Notes: generated by a model from the letters alone, not told the origin. A DNA stretch of 64,000 nucleotides from Acidobacteriota bacterium (GCA_046758905.1 JBHIBC010000005.1:4656-68655), one strand, 5' to 3'; shown: positions 38,176-47,899, counted from the stretch's first letter. Numbers and translations: made by a program.

Positions 38176-40689
38176 GTGCGCCACGGTTCCCACCGAGTCG
38201 CGGCTCGCTGCGGCTCGCTGCTGGCGGTCTTGTCGCTCGCCGCCTGCCGCGGGGCGGCGGCCCCGGGGCCGGGGACCGTCCGCCTGGTCGATCGCCGCGC
38301 CGCCGCGCTCGTGAGCGGCACGCCCGGAGGAGCCGGAGGGAGGCCGGGCGAAGCGCCGGGCGGGGGCCCGCCGCCGGCCGGGGCCGAGTGGCGCTTCGAG
38401 CGTCCGCCTCCAGGGCCCGGGACCGGCCACCGGGATCGGGCGGGGGCCGGGAAGATCGGGGCCGCGCGCGACTGGGAGCCGGGCCCCGGGGTCGCCGGCC
38501 TCGCCGTCCATGACGGGAAGCTGATCGGCCGCAGCAGCACCGATTTCCCCCTCATCCACCTCGAGCGCGGGGCGGGCCTCGACGATCAGGACCTGCTGCA
38601 CGAGATCCGGGTGCGGCTGCGGGTCTCGGCCGGCGCGAACCTGTCGCTCGCGCTGGATGATTCCGAGACGGTCGACCTGGTGAGGAAGGTGGCGGGCGCG
38701 CGGACCTTCCCATGGAGGCTCGCCACCCCGATCGTGCCGGGCGGCGAGCTCAGGACGTACGTCCTGCGGAGCCGCTGGCCGCACCGCGGAGCGGACATCC
38801 GGCACATCCTGATCCGGCCGACCGACGCGCCGGGGGCGACCTTCGAGATCGAGTCGGTCCGGCTCGTCTTCCGCAGACAGTACCTGGCCTCGATCCCCTC
38901 CGGGGCGGGCTGGCAGGGGCTCGGAGGGATCTATCGCGAGACGATCGTCTCCCGGGCGCCCGAGTCGATCCGGTTCGAGATCGACCTGCCCGACCGTCCG
39001 TGGCTCGACCTGGCGATCGGGACGATCGAGGGCGCTCCCGTGACCTTCCGCGTGACGGTGAGCCCGGCCGGGCCGGGCGCCGCCCCGGGGCCCGAGGGGA
39101 CCGGCGGCGGCGCGATCGTCCTCGAGCGCACGGTCACGACGCCGCGCCGCTGGGAGCCGGCGCCGATCGACCTGGCGTCATTCGCGGGGCGGCGCGTCGG
39201 GCTGACGCTGTCGCTGGCCGCCGATGCTCCGGGCAGGATCGGTTTCTGGGGCTCTCCGGTGGTGCGCCGGCGCCGAGCGCCGCCGGGCGGCCGCGGGCGC
39301 GGAGCGCCGCCGCGGGGCGTCATCCTGATCATGGCCGACACGCTGCGCCGGGACCACCTCGACGCCTACGGGTACGCCCGCGCCACCGGCCCCGCGCTGC
39401 GGGGGATGGCGGAGGAGGGGGCGCTGTTCGCCGACTGTCTGACCCAGGCGACCTGGACCAAGGTCGCGGCGCCGTCGCTCGTCACCTCGCTCTACCCGGC
39501 CGCGCACGGGGTGAGGGAGTTCGACCACCGCCTGCCCGGGAGCGCGGTGACGGCGGCCGAGATCTACCGCGACGCCGGGCACGCCACCGTCGCCTACTCC
39601 TCGAACCTGTTCACCGGGCGGTTCTCCAACATGCACCAGGGGTTCGAGGAGCTGCACGAGGACGGCTCGCTCGCCGATCCGGCCTCCAGCAAGACCTCGC
39701 GCGAGTATATGGACCGCGCGCTCGCCTGGATCGAGGCCCACCGGGACGTCCCGTTCTTCGTCTTCCTCCACCTCTACGACCCCCACGATCCGTACCGGCC
39801 GGGCCCGCCCTACGACGCGATCTGGGCCGACCCGTCGCGCCGCGAGGAGCACGAGCGGCAGGCGAGGCGGGTCCGCGAGCTGATCGCCGACCCCCAGCTC
39901 AGGAGGTTCGGCATGCCCAGCCGGGAGGAGCTGGCGAAGGCCGGCATCGACCCGGCGGCCTACGTGGGACGGGAGCGCGACCTGTACGACGGCTCCATCC
40001 GGGGGATGGACGCCGAGGTCGGCCGGCTCCTGGAGCGCCTGCGCGGGCTGCGGCTCGCGGACGCGACCCTCGTCGCCTTCGTCAGCGACCACGGGGAGGA
40101 GTTCCTGGAGCACGGCGAGATGTTTCACGGGCACACCGTCTACGGCGAGCTGACCGACGTGCCGCTGATCCTCTGGGGGCCCGGCGTCGTCCCGCGCGGC
40201 GCCGTGGTGGGCGAGACGGTCGAGCTGGTCGACGTCCTCCCGACGCTGCTCGAGCTGAGCGGCCTGCGGCCGCCGCCCGGCGCGCAGGGCCGCAGCCTGG
40301 TGCCGCTTCTGGGCGCGGCTCGAGCGCCTCCGCCCGGCTGGGAGAGCCGCCCCGCCCTCGTGGAGAAGGCGTCCATCGAGGACGTGGCCGGCCCGGGGCA
40401 CCGCGAGGAGGAGTCCTACGCGGCCGTGACCCGCGCATGGAAGCTGATCCACAACGTGAAGCGCCCCGTCGGCCGGCCGGAGTTCGAGCTGTACGATCGC
40501 CGCGCCGATCCGCTCGAGCGGAACGACGTCGCCGCGCGGCACCCCGCGGTGGTCGAGCGCCTGTCGCGCGAGCTGGCGGCGCGGCGCGATCGTGCCGCGG
40601 CCGGCCGGCTGCCGCCGGGCCCCGAGACCGCCGAGGAGATCGACCGGGAGCGGCTGGAGCGCCTCCGCGGCCTCGGCTACATCCGCTGA
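38176..40689 (+). CDS. Sulfatase-like hydrolase (alkaline-phosphatase superfamily) lipoprotein with large N-terminal domain
   Basis: GTG start with GGGAGGG 7 nt upstream; lipobox LSLAAC. C-terminal about 480 aa has the sulfatase/AP-superfamily pattern (VILIMADTLRRDHL...GYATVAYSSN...LHLYDPHDPY...VSDHGEEF). The canonical C/S-x-P-x-R formylglycine motif is not apparent (TQATWTKVAAPSL). Confidence 0.7.
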   Translation: MRHGSHRVAARCGSLLAVLSLAACRGAAAPGPGTVRLVDRRAAALVSGTPGGAGGRPGEAPGGGPPPAGAEWRFERPPPGPGTGHRDRAGAGKIGAARDWEPGPGVAGLAVHDGKLIGRSSTDFPLIHLERGAGLDDQDLLHEIRVRLRVSAGANLSLALDDSETVDLVRKVAGARTFPWRLATPIVPGGELRTYVLRSRWPHRGADIRHILIRPTDAPGATFEIESVRLVFRRQYLASIPSGAGWQGLGGIYRETIVSRAPESIRFEIDLPDRPWLDLAIGTIEGAPVTFRVTVSPAGPGAAPGPEGTGGGAIVLERTVTTPRRWEPAPIDLASFAGRRVGLTLSLAADAPGRIGFWGSPVVRRRRAPPGGRGRGAPPRGVILIMADTLRRDHLDAYGYARATGPALRGMAEEGALFADCLTQATWTKVAAPSLVTSLYPAAHGVREFDHRLPGSAVTAAEIYRDAGHATVAYSSNLFTGRFSNMHQGFEELHEDGSLADPASSKTSREYMDRALAWIEAHRDVPFFVFLHLYDPHDPYRPGPPYDAIWADPSRREEHERQARRVRELIADPQLRRFGMPSREELAKAGIDPAAYVGRERDLYDGSIRGMDAEVGRLLERLRGLRLADATLVAFVSDHGEEFLEHGEMFHGHTVYGELTDVPLILWGPGVVPRGAVVGETVELVDVLPTLLELSGLRPPPGAQGRSLVPLLGAARAPPPGWESRPALVEKASIEDVAGPGHREEESYAAVTRAWKLIHNVKRPVGRPEFELYDRRADPLERNDVAARHPAVVERLSRELAARRDRAAAGRLPPGPETAEEIDRERLERLRGLGYIR

Positions 40690-40785
40690 GGGGCCCCGCC
40701 GCCGCTCCTGAGCTTTCGGGGTACAATCCGGCGCCCCCTGCAACGAACCGAGCTCCGGGAGCGACCCGTCTTCGGAGGAAGACCG

Positions 40786-43497
40786 ATGCCGAGCTTCTGT
40801 CGCAGAGCCTTCACACCCAGCCTACTGATCGCCTCCACCCTGGCCCTGGCCGTCTGCCTCGCGCCCGGGCCGGCGGGCGCCGACGCGCCCGCCGCCGCGG
40901 CGGGGCGCGAGCTCACGGCCGACGATCTCAAGGGCCTCGAGTGGCGCAGCGTCGGGCCGGCGAACATGGGCGGGCGGGTGGCGGCGATCGCCCTCGTCCC
41001 GGGGAGCCGGACCAGCTTCTACGTCGGCTACGGCACCGGCGGCGTCTTCAGGACGGACAACCTGGGGACCACCTTCGAGCCGGTGTTCGACAAGTACCCC
41101 GTGCTGTCGATCGGCGCCATCGCCGTCGCCGACGCGCCGCCGGAGGGCGAGGGGGAGCCCGAGGGCAGGGGGAAGATCGTCTGGGTCGGGACCGGCGAGG
41201 CCAACGGGCGGAACAGCTCGTCGTGGGGCGGCGGCGTCTACCGCTCGACCGACGGCGGCGAGACCTTCACCTACGTCGGCCTGAGGCAGACGCACGACAT
41301 CCCGCGCCTGGCGGTCGACCCGCGCGACCCGGACGTCTGCTACGTGGCGGCGCTCGGACACCTGTGGGGGTACAACCCCGAGCGCGGCGTCTTCAAGACG
41401 GAGGACGGGGGCAGGACCTGGAAGCACGTCCTGAAGGTGGACGAGCGGACCGGCGCCGCGGACGTGGTCATCGATCCGACCAGCCCGGACACCGTCTACG
41501 CGGCGCTTTACGCCCGGCGCCGGACGCCCTGGAGCTTCTCCGGGAACAGCGACAGGGGAGGCATCTTCCGATCCGACGACGCCGGCCGCAGCTGGAAGAA
41601 GCTGACGAGCGGGCTCCCCCCGCGCAGCGGCCGGATCGGGCTGACCATCTATCCGAAGGACACGCGCATCCTGTACGCCGTGGTGGAGAGCGACTACGGC
41701 GGCCGGGGGCGCGACATGTTCGACAACTACTCCCCCAGCGGCGGCCTGTTCCGCACCGAGGACCGCGGCGAGACCTGGACCCGGGTCAGCCCGCTCAGCT
41801 TCCGGCCGTTCTACTTCTCGCGCGTGGCCGTCGACCCGAACGACGACCGGCGCGTCTACCTGCCGGGGTGGGACCTGGCGATCTCGGACGACGGCGGGAG
41901 GACGTTCCGCCGCTCCGGGAGCGAGAACGTCCACGTCGACTTCCACGCCATCGTCGTCAACCCGATCGACCCGCGGCAGATCCTCATCGGCACCGACGGC
42001 GGCCTGTACGTCTCCGAGGACCGGGCGAAGACCTGGCGCTTCCTCGACAACGTCGCCGCGGGGCAGTTCTACCGGGTCGCGGTCGACATGCTCGACCCGT
42101 ACCGGATCGGCGGCGGGCTGCAGGACAACGGCTCCTGGATCGGCCCCTCCGAGACGCTCTTCCTGACCGAGGACCAGAGGGCCGACGGCATCCTGAACTC
42201 CGACTGGCGGATGATCCACGGCGGCGACGGCTTCACCGTCGCCTTCGACCCGACCGACCCGAACCTGGTGTACGCCACGTCGCAGGGCGGGTACCTGGTC
42301 CGCATCCGGCTGGACGACAACGTCAAGAAGCTCATCAAGCCGGCGGCCCTCGAGGGGGACGAGCGGCTCCGCTTCAACTGGGACGCGCCGTTCCTGATCT
42401 CGCACCACGACCCGAGCGTCCTCTACCTGGGAGGCAACCGGGTCTTCAAGCTGACGGAGCGGGGCGAGCTGGCGTTTCCCATCGGCGGCGAGCTCAGCCG
42501 GGACGAGCCGGGCAAGACCGAGACGGTCGGCTCGGAGGCCGAGACCTACGGCACGGTGGTCTCGCTGGCGGAGTCGCCCCTGCAGCAGGGGCTCCTCTGG
42601 GCCGGCACCGACGACGGCCTCATCCACGTGACCCAGGACGACGGAAGGACCTGGACCGAGGTGACGCCGGAGCAGGTCGGCGGGCTGTACGTGTCGCGGA
42701 TCGCCGCGTCGCGGCACGCCGCTCGGACCGCCTACGTCGCGGTCGACGGCCACCGCAGCGACGTGTTCCGCCCGATCGTGTTGATGACCGAGAACGCGGG
42801 ACGGCGCTGGCGGGACATCACCGGCGACCTGCCGGACGGCGGGCCCGTGCGGGTCGTGGTCGAGGACGTGGCGAGCCCGCAGGTGCTCTATGCGGGGACC
42901 GAGTTCGGCATCTACGTCACCCTCGACCGCGGCCGCCGGTGGGTGCGGATGAACGGCTCGACCTTGCCCCCCGTGGCGGTCCACGACATCGTGCAGCACC
43001 CGCGCGAGAGGGATCTGGTGGTCGGCACGCACGGCCGCAGCGTCTACGTGCTCGACGACGCCTCGATGTTCGCGCAGCTCACGCCAAAGGTGCGCGGCCG
43101 GCCGCTGGCGCTGCTCGAGATCCTGCCCGGCACCCCGCGCCTGTACACGCGGCGCAGCTACGGATCCGGCCACGCCATCTTCCGCGCCAAGAACCCGCCG
43201 CTAGGGGCCGCCATCAACTACTGGCTGCGCGAGGAGGCCGGCCGGCCGGTCAAGGTCGAGATCACCGACGCCCACGACACCGTCATCCGCGAGCTTCAGG
43301 GCCCCGGCTATCGCGGCCTGAACCGCGTCGTCTGGGACCTGCAGGCCGATCCCAAGCACCGCATCCCGACGGTGGACGTGGCGTGGAACGAGCAGACCGA
43401 GTTCGTCCCGGCCGGCGAGTACAAGGTCACGCTCGAGGTGGGCGAGGAGAAGGTGGAGGGCACGGTCGAGGTGCGGCCGGCCCCGAACGCTCCGTGA
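40786..43497 (+). CDS. BNR/Asp-box repeat beta-propeller protein (sortilin/VPS10-like, GH74-like), secreted
   Basis: Signal peptide; at least 9 Asp-box repeats (STDGGETF, TEDGGRTW, SDDAGRSW, TEDRGETW, SDDGGRTF, SEDRAKTW, TQDDGRTW, TENAGRRW, TLDRGRRW). 903 aa, typical of two-propeller sortilin-like proteins. Confidence 0.8.
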   Translation: MPSFCRRAFTPSLLIASTLALAVCLAPGPAGADAPAAAAGRELTADDLKGLEWRSVGPANMGGRVAAIALVPGSRTSFYVGYGTGGVFRTDNLGTTFEPVFDKYPVLSIGAIAVADAPPEGEGEPEGRGKIVWVGTGEANGRNSSSWGGGVYRSTDGGETFTYVGLRQTHDIPRLAVDPRDPDVCYVAALGHLWGYNPERGVFKTEDGGRTWKHVLKVDERTGAADVVIDPTSPDTVYAALYARRRTPWSFSGNSDRGGIFRSDDAGRSWKKLTSGLPPRSGRIGLTIYPKDTRILYAVVESDYGGRGRDMFDNYSPSGGLFRTEDRGETWTRVSPLSFRPFYFSRVAVDPNDDRRVYLPGWDLAISDDGGRTFRRSGSENVHVDFHAIVVNPIDPRQILIGTDGGLYVSEDRAKTWRFLDNVAAGQFYRVAVDMLDPYRIGGGLQDNGSWIGPSETLFLTEDQRADGILNSDWRMIHGGDGFTVAFDPTDPNLVYATSQGGYLVRIRLDDNVKKLIKPAALEGDERLRFNWDAPFLISHHDPSVLYLGGNRVFKLTERGELAFPIGGELSRDEPGKTETVGSEAETYGTVVSLAESPLQQGLLWAGTDDGLIHVTQDDGRTWTEVTPEQVGGLYVSRIAASRHAARTAYVAVDGHRSDVFRPIVLMTENAGRRWRDITGDLPDGGPVRVVVEDVASPQVLYAGTEFGIYVTLDRGRRWVRMNGSTLPPVAVHDIVQHPRERDLVVGTHGRSVYVLDDASMFAQLTPKVRGRPLALLEILPGTPRLYTRRSYGSGHAIFRAKNPPLGAAINYWLREEAGRPVKVEITDAHDTVIRELQGPGYRGLNRVVWDLQADPKHRIPTVDVAWNEQTEFVPAGEYKVTLEVGEEKVEGTVEVRPAPNAP

Positions 43498-43505
43498 CGC
43501 CGGCC

Positions 43506-43838
43506 TCAGGCCGGGCGCGAATCGCCGCAGTCGCCGCAGAGGAGGAGGAAGTAGCAGCGCCGGGCGACGCGATCGCACAGCGAGTGGACCGTGCGCCGCC
43601 GGCCCCCGCACGCCGGGCAGGCGGTCTCGCGGGCGGCCCGGCTGACCGCCTCGTAGCGCTCCCGATGGGTGGGGAGGATCTCGGCGTCGTACACCCTGCC
43701 GCACTCCCGGCAGGTCGCGACGCTCAGGCACTCCCGAATCGCGCTGTCGCACCGGAGGGCGACCTGCATCGACGAGGTGCCGCAGGTCGCGCAGATGAGA
43801 TCGGCCGCCCGCGTCTCGATCTTCGCGAATGATGTCAT
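43506..43838 (-). CDS. Hypothetical double zinc-ribbon protein (four CxxC motifs)
   Basis: 110 aa; CATC...CREC...CPAC...CGDC. Divergent from the DUF3179 gene. Confidence 0.45.
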   Translation of the reverse strand: MTSFAKIETRAADLICATCGTSSMQVALRCDSAIRECLSVATCRECGRVYDAEILPTHRERYEAVSRAARETACPACGGRRRTVHSLCDRVARRCYFLLLCGDCGDSRPA

Positions 43839-43919
43839 ATCATGCGCAACGCGAGCGCGGGAGCGACTATTCCCGGAATGCCCCGGGCCGGCGCGGCTCG
43901 AGTCGGAAAGCGCGCTTCG

Positions 43920-44822
43920 ATGAGCTTCGATCCCCGAAAGGCGGTGCTGCGCGGGCCCGACCACTTCGAGCGGTTCCGCGTTCCCGATTCCGCCGCGCGG
44001 CTGGCCGACCTGCGACTCCCCCCCGGGGAGATGCTGCTCGTCGTCGAGCGCGGCGGCGAGAGGCGTGCGCTGCTCGTCTCGCAGATGGCCTACCACCACG
44101 CCGCCCAGGGGAGGCTGGCGGGCCGGCCGTACCTGGTCTCGTTCTGAATGATCTGCCACTCGGGGGTCGGTCTGACCCCCGTCGTCGAGGGGCGGCTCCA
44201 CCACTTCAGCGCCGGGGGCCTGCACAACGGGCTGATCCTGCTGATCGACGACGAGACCCGCACCTACTGGGACCACATCACGGGCGAGGCGGTACGCGGC
44301 CCGCTCCGCGGCAGGCGGCTCGAGAGTTGGGCCGTGCGGATGACCACCGCCGGTGCGGCGCTGGCGGGCGATCCGGATCTAGCGATCTCCCGCTCGGGGC
44401 GCGGTCTTCTGGCCCGCTGGCTCGGGGGCCTGGCCCGGTGGCAGGTGCGCGGGCGCGGCCTGATGCCCTTCTTCTTCCATCGCACCATGGAGCCGAAGGA
44501 CCGTCGCCGCCCGACGATGGACCAGGGCCTAGGGGTCGTGGTCGGGACGCGCGCCCGGTACTACCCGCTCGAGGCGCTCCGCGCGGGAGCGAGGGCGGGG
44601 ACGGGCGCGCCTGCCGGCCTGGCCGACGACTGGTCGGGGCGCAGGCTGCGCCTCTTCATCGACCCGGCCGACCGCATCCCGGCCGCGGAGTGGGAGGACG
44701 GCGGCCGGCCGTTCCAGATCTTCACCCGCTGGTACGGCTTCTCCTTCACCTATCCCGGCTGCGAGATCTACCGGGGGCCGGGAGGGGGACCCGGGGGCGC
44801 CGGATCCGGGACGGCGGTGTAG
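43920..44822 (+). CDS. DUF3179-family protein with in-frame TGA (candidate selenocysteine) at 44145..44147; UxxC in place of the family CxxC
   Basis: ORFs 43842..44147 and 44148..44822 are in the same frame and together span one DUF3179-like domain (...ERGGERRALLVSQMAYHHAAQGRLAGRPYLVSF-TGA-MICHSGVGL...GGLHNGLILLIDDETRTYWDHITGEAVRGPL..). The TGA sits where family members (as I recall them) have the first Cys of (V/L)TYCPLC. Start uncertain: ATG 43920, 43878 or 43842. Confidence 0.55.
44161..44181 (+). other. bSECIS-like mRNA hairpin 13 nt downstream of the in-frame UGA (8-bp GC stem, apical loop GGUCU)
   Basis: CGGGGGUC-GGUCU-GACCCCCG. Loop GGUCU is the same as the SelB-contacting apical loop of E. 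coli fdhF SECIS. The UGA-to-loop distance (about 24 nt) is within the bSECIS range. Confidence 0.45.
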
Positions 44823-44874
44823 ACTGGCGCTCGCGACCGCCGGGCTAATCGGCGAAGGCGGGGAGGCTCCGACA

Positions 44875-46896
44875 TTGGCGACTCGATCGCGGCGGCACGG
44901 CGGCCCGGAGCGAGGGACGCGGGGGGAGTTCGCGACGGCGCGCGGGCGCCGCGCGGGTGCGGGAGTGGGCGCGCGGCGCGCGGGGGCTGGCGCGCCGGCC
45001 ACGGTCGCGCTCGCGTGCGCGCTGTCTCTGATCTCGTGCCAGGCGGGGGGACCGGGCGCTTCCCGTGGCGGCGGGGGATCCGGGCGCGCCGCTCAGGGCG
45101 GCGCGGTGCCGGCCCGCGACATCCACTCCTTCAGCCGGCCGGAGGACGTGAGGGTCACCCACGCGGAGATCGACTGGACCGTCGACTTCGAGGCCCGGCG
45201 CATCCGCGGCAGCGTCACCTGGACGATCGAGCGCGCGCCCGGCGCTGAGGACGAGCCGCTCCTCCTCGACACGCGCGATCTGACGATCGAGTCGGTGGCC
45301 ACGCCGTCGGGCGCGCCGCTCGAGCACGAGCTTGCGCACCAGCACCCGGCCCTCGGCAAGGCGCTCGGGATCCAGGTGCCTCCGGGCGGGGACCGGGTCG
45401 TCATCCGCTACCGCACCGGGCCCGACGCGAAGGCGCTGCAGTGGCTGTCGCCGGAGCAGACCGCCGGGAGGAAGAGGCCGTACCTGTTCTCCCAGGCGGA
45501 GTCGATCCTGGCCCGCACCATGCTGCCGTGCCAGGACAGCCCCGCGGTGCGGTTCACCTACGGCGCCCGGGTGCGCGTCCCCGCGGGCCTGCGCGCGGTG
45601 ATGGCGGCACGGATGCTCCCGGGCGGCGGCGACGGCGAGCCGTTCCGGTTCGCGATGCCGCAGCCGATCCCGAGCTACCTGTTCGCCATCGCCGTCGGCG
45701 ACATCGCGTTCCGCGAGATCGGCCCGCGGTCGGGGGTCTACGCCGAGCCGTCGGTGGTCGAGCGGGCCGCCTGGGAGTTCGCCGACACCGAGAGGATGAT
45801 GGAGGCGGCCGAGCGGCTCTACGGGCCGTACCGCTGGGAGCGCTACGACATCCTGGTGCTGCCTCCGAGCTTCCCCTTCGGCGGGATGGAGAACCCGCGG
45901 CTGACCTTCGCCACGCCGACGGTGCTGGCCGGCGACCGCTCTCTCGTCTCGCTGGTGGCCCACGAGCTGGGGCACTCCTGGTCGGGGAACCTGGTCACCA
46001 ACGCCACCTGGGCCGACTTCTGGCTGAACGAGGGGTTCACGGTCTACCTGACCCGGCGGATCCTGGAGGAGCTGTACGGGAAGGAGCGGGCGGAGATGAA
46101 CGCGGTGCTCGGCAAGCAGGACCTGCTCGCGGAGATGCCGGACCTCGAGCCCGGCTTCACCGCGCTGCACAACGTGTCGCTGGACGGACGCGACCCCGAC
46201 GACGCCTTCAACGAGGTCCCCTACGAGAAGGGGTACCTGTTCCTGCGCCTGCTCGAGGAGGAGGTCGGGCGCCGGCGCTTCGACGCCTTCCTGAGGAGGT
46301 GGTTCGACGGCAACGCCTTCCGGAGCCGCACGACCTTCGACCTGGAGGAGGCGCTGCGCTCGGAGCTGTTCGCCGGGGACGAGGCCCGGCTTGAGGCGCT
46401 CCGGGTGAAGGAGTGGCTCTACGGGGAGGGGCTGCCGGACAACGCCCCCGAGCCGCGGACCGAGGCGTTCGCCCGCACGGGGGCCGAGGCGGCGGCGTTC
46501 GCGGCGGGCGAGAGACGGGCGCCGGACATCCCGGCGGGAGCCTGGACCACCCGGGAGTGGCAGCACTTCCTGCGCGCCCTGCCGCACGACGTTCCGGCCG
46601 CGAAGATGGCCGAGCTCGACGCCGCCTGGTCGCTCACCCGGTCGGGCAACGCGGAGATCCTGTTCGAGTGGCTCCTGCGCTCGATCCGCGCCCGCTACGA
46701 GCCGGCCTACCCGGCGCTGAGGAGGTTCCTCACCGAGCAGGGCCGGCGCAAGTTCCTCAAGCCCCTCTACACCGAGCTGGCGAAGACCGCGGAAGGGAAG
46801 CGGCGCGCCCTGGCGATCTACCGGGAGGCGCGGCCGCTGTACCATCCGGTCTCCAGCAGCACGATCGACGCCATCCTCGAGTACACGCCCGCCTGA
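44875..46896 (+). CDS. M1-family aminopeptidase, leukotriene-A4-hydrolase/cold-active aminopeptidase-like, lipoprotein
   Basis: TTG start with GGGGAGG 8 nt upstream; lipobox LISCQ. Exopeptidase motif GGMENP, zinc site VAHELGHSWSGN plus NEGFTVYL (HEXXH-18-E), LTA4H-like C-terminal ARM domain. Confidence 0.85.
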   Translation: MATRSRRHGGPERGTRGEFATARGRRAGAGVGARRAGAGAPATVALACALSLISCQAGGPGASRGGGGSGRAAQGGAVPARDIHSFSRPEDVRVTHAEIDWTVDFEARRIRGSVTWTIERAPGAEDEPLLLDTRDLTIESVATPSGAPLEHELAHQHPALGKALGIQVPPGGDRVVIRYRTGPDAKALQWLSPEQTAGRKRPYLFSQAESILARTMLPCQDSPAVRFTYGARVRVPAGLRAVMAARMLPGGGDGEPFRFAMPQPIPSYLFAIAVGDIAFREIGPRSGVYAEPSVVERAAWEFADTERMMEAAERLYGPYRWERYDILVLPPSFPFGGMENPRLTFATPTVLAGDRSLVSLVAHELGHSWSGNLVTNATWADFWLNEGFTVYLTRRILEELYGKERAEMNAVLGKQDLLAEMPDLEPGFTALHNVSLDGRDPDDAFNEVPYEKGYLFLRLLEEEVGRRRFDAFLRRWFDGNAFRSRTTFDLEEALRSELFAGDEARLEALRVKEWLYGEGLPDNAPEPRTEAFARTGAEAAAFAAGERRAPDIPAGAWTTREWQHFLRALPHDVPAAKMAELDAAWSLTRSGNAEILFEWLLRSIRARYEPAYPALRRFLTEQGRRKFLKPLYTELAKTAEGKRRALAIYREARPLYHPVSSSTIDAILEYTPA

Positions 46897-46935
46897 GGCC
46901 GGCGGAGCAACGCGGCCGCGGCCGCAGGGCGCCGC

Positions 46936-47832
46936 CTAGATCAGGGTCCCTTCGGTCCAGCCGAGCCGGGCGACCTCGATGCGGGAGGGATCGGCGACGC
47001 CGAGGCGGTACCTCTCGTCGGCCAGCCGGATGTGCCGGGGCGGGACGGCGAACGGCCGGTCGTCCCCGAAGTACTCCCGCCGCTTCGCCTCCAGGATCCT
47101 GAGCCCGGTCGCGTCGACCGCGACCGGATCGGAGCCGACGATCAGGCCGCGGTAGGGCCAGGTGTAGCGCGCCTGGAAGTGGTGCGGCCCCTTGCCGTGG
47201 AACAGCGGCGTCAGCATCACCAGGACGTTGAGGCGCGTCTTCCCCCTCACCGCGGGCAGCTCCCACAGGCCGCCCAGGTTCGCGCAGGCGTGGTCGTGCC
47301 AGCTCGGGGGGTCGGGGGAGAACATGATGTAGTTCTTGATGCAGCTCCCGACGCCGGCCCAGTGGTGCGTGCGCATCGGCCGGACGTTGACGAGCGCCGT
47401 GGCCCTGCGGAACAGCGGGTTCTTGAGCACGCCGCGGTCGTCGACGCCGATCCGCTCGGCCGGCACGCCGGCCCCGAGGACCCGCCGCCGGATCGCGTCC
47501 TCGATCTCGCGCGGCGTGGGCAGGAAGCGCCACACGTTGCTCTTGATCCCCACAGTGTCGCCCGGACGCACCAAGCGCTCCCAGGCCGCCGCGGCCGACG
47601 GCGCGCCGAGCAGGGCCGCCACGCCGAGGTCCAGCATGCGGGCGACCACCTCCGGGCGGGGCCGCCGATCGGCGTCGAGGGCGTCCGGGTCGCGCACCAG
47701 CACCACCCGCGCCGTGCGCCCGCCCTCGGCGCCGCACAGGATCGACATGCCGCCGGCCGTCCCGACGAGCGCGGCGGATGCGGCGCCGCGGAGGAACTCC
47801 CTTCGGGTCCACCTCGCGGCCGTCGGTCGCAT
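46936..47832 (-). CDS. DUF362-domain protein with twin-arginine (Tat) signal
   Basis: Start ATG 47832 with GGGAGG 9 nt upstream. Tat motif TRREFLRGAASAALVGTAGG. DUF362-like core (family call from memory). Confidence 0.6.
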   Translation of the reverse strand: MRPTAARWTRREFLRGAASAALVGTAGGMSILCGAEGGRTARVVLVRDPDALDADRRPRPEVVARMLDLGVAALLGAPSAAAAWERLVRPGDTVGIKSNVWRFLPTPREIEDAIRRRVLGAGVPAERIGVDDRGVLKNPLFRRATALVNVRPMRTHHWAGVGSCIKNYIMFSPDPPSWHDHACANLGGLWELPAVRGKTRLNVLVMLTPLFHGKGPHHFQARYTWPYRGLIVGSDPVAVDATGLRILEAKRREYFGDDRPFAVPPRHIRLADERYRLGVADPSRIEVARLGWTEGTLI

Positions 47833-47899
47833 CGCTCGTCGCCTCCCGCAGGCTGCGTCCGCCCGCCGCCCGCGGGCGGATCGGGGCCCGCTCCGCCGG

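Noticed and set aside
43842-44147. Treating 43842..44147 and 44148..44822 as two separate genes ending and starting at TGA-ATG
   Set aside because: Same reading frame, a single conserved domain spans the junction, the TGA aligns with a conserved Cys, no RBS precedes the ATG at 44148, and a SECIS-like hairpin follows; a selenocysteine read-through is the more parsimonious reading. Also the ATG at 43842 sits 4 nt from the divergent gene start, so 43920 or 43878 is preferred.
46413-47102. Plus-strand 229-aa ORF bridging the M1 aminopeptidase 3' end and the DUF362 gene
   Set aside because: Frame-shifted overlap with the M1 gene and antisense to the DUF362 gene, Arg/Gly/Ala low complexity, no start context.
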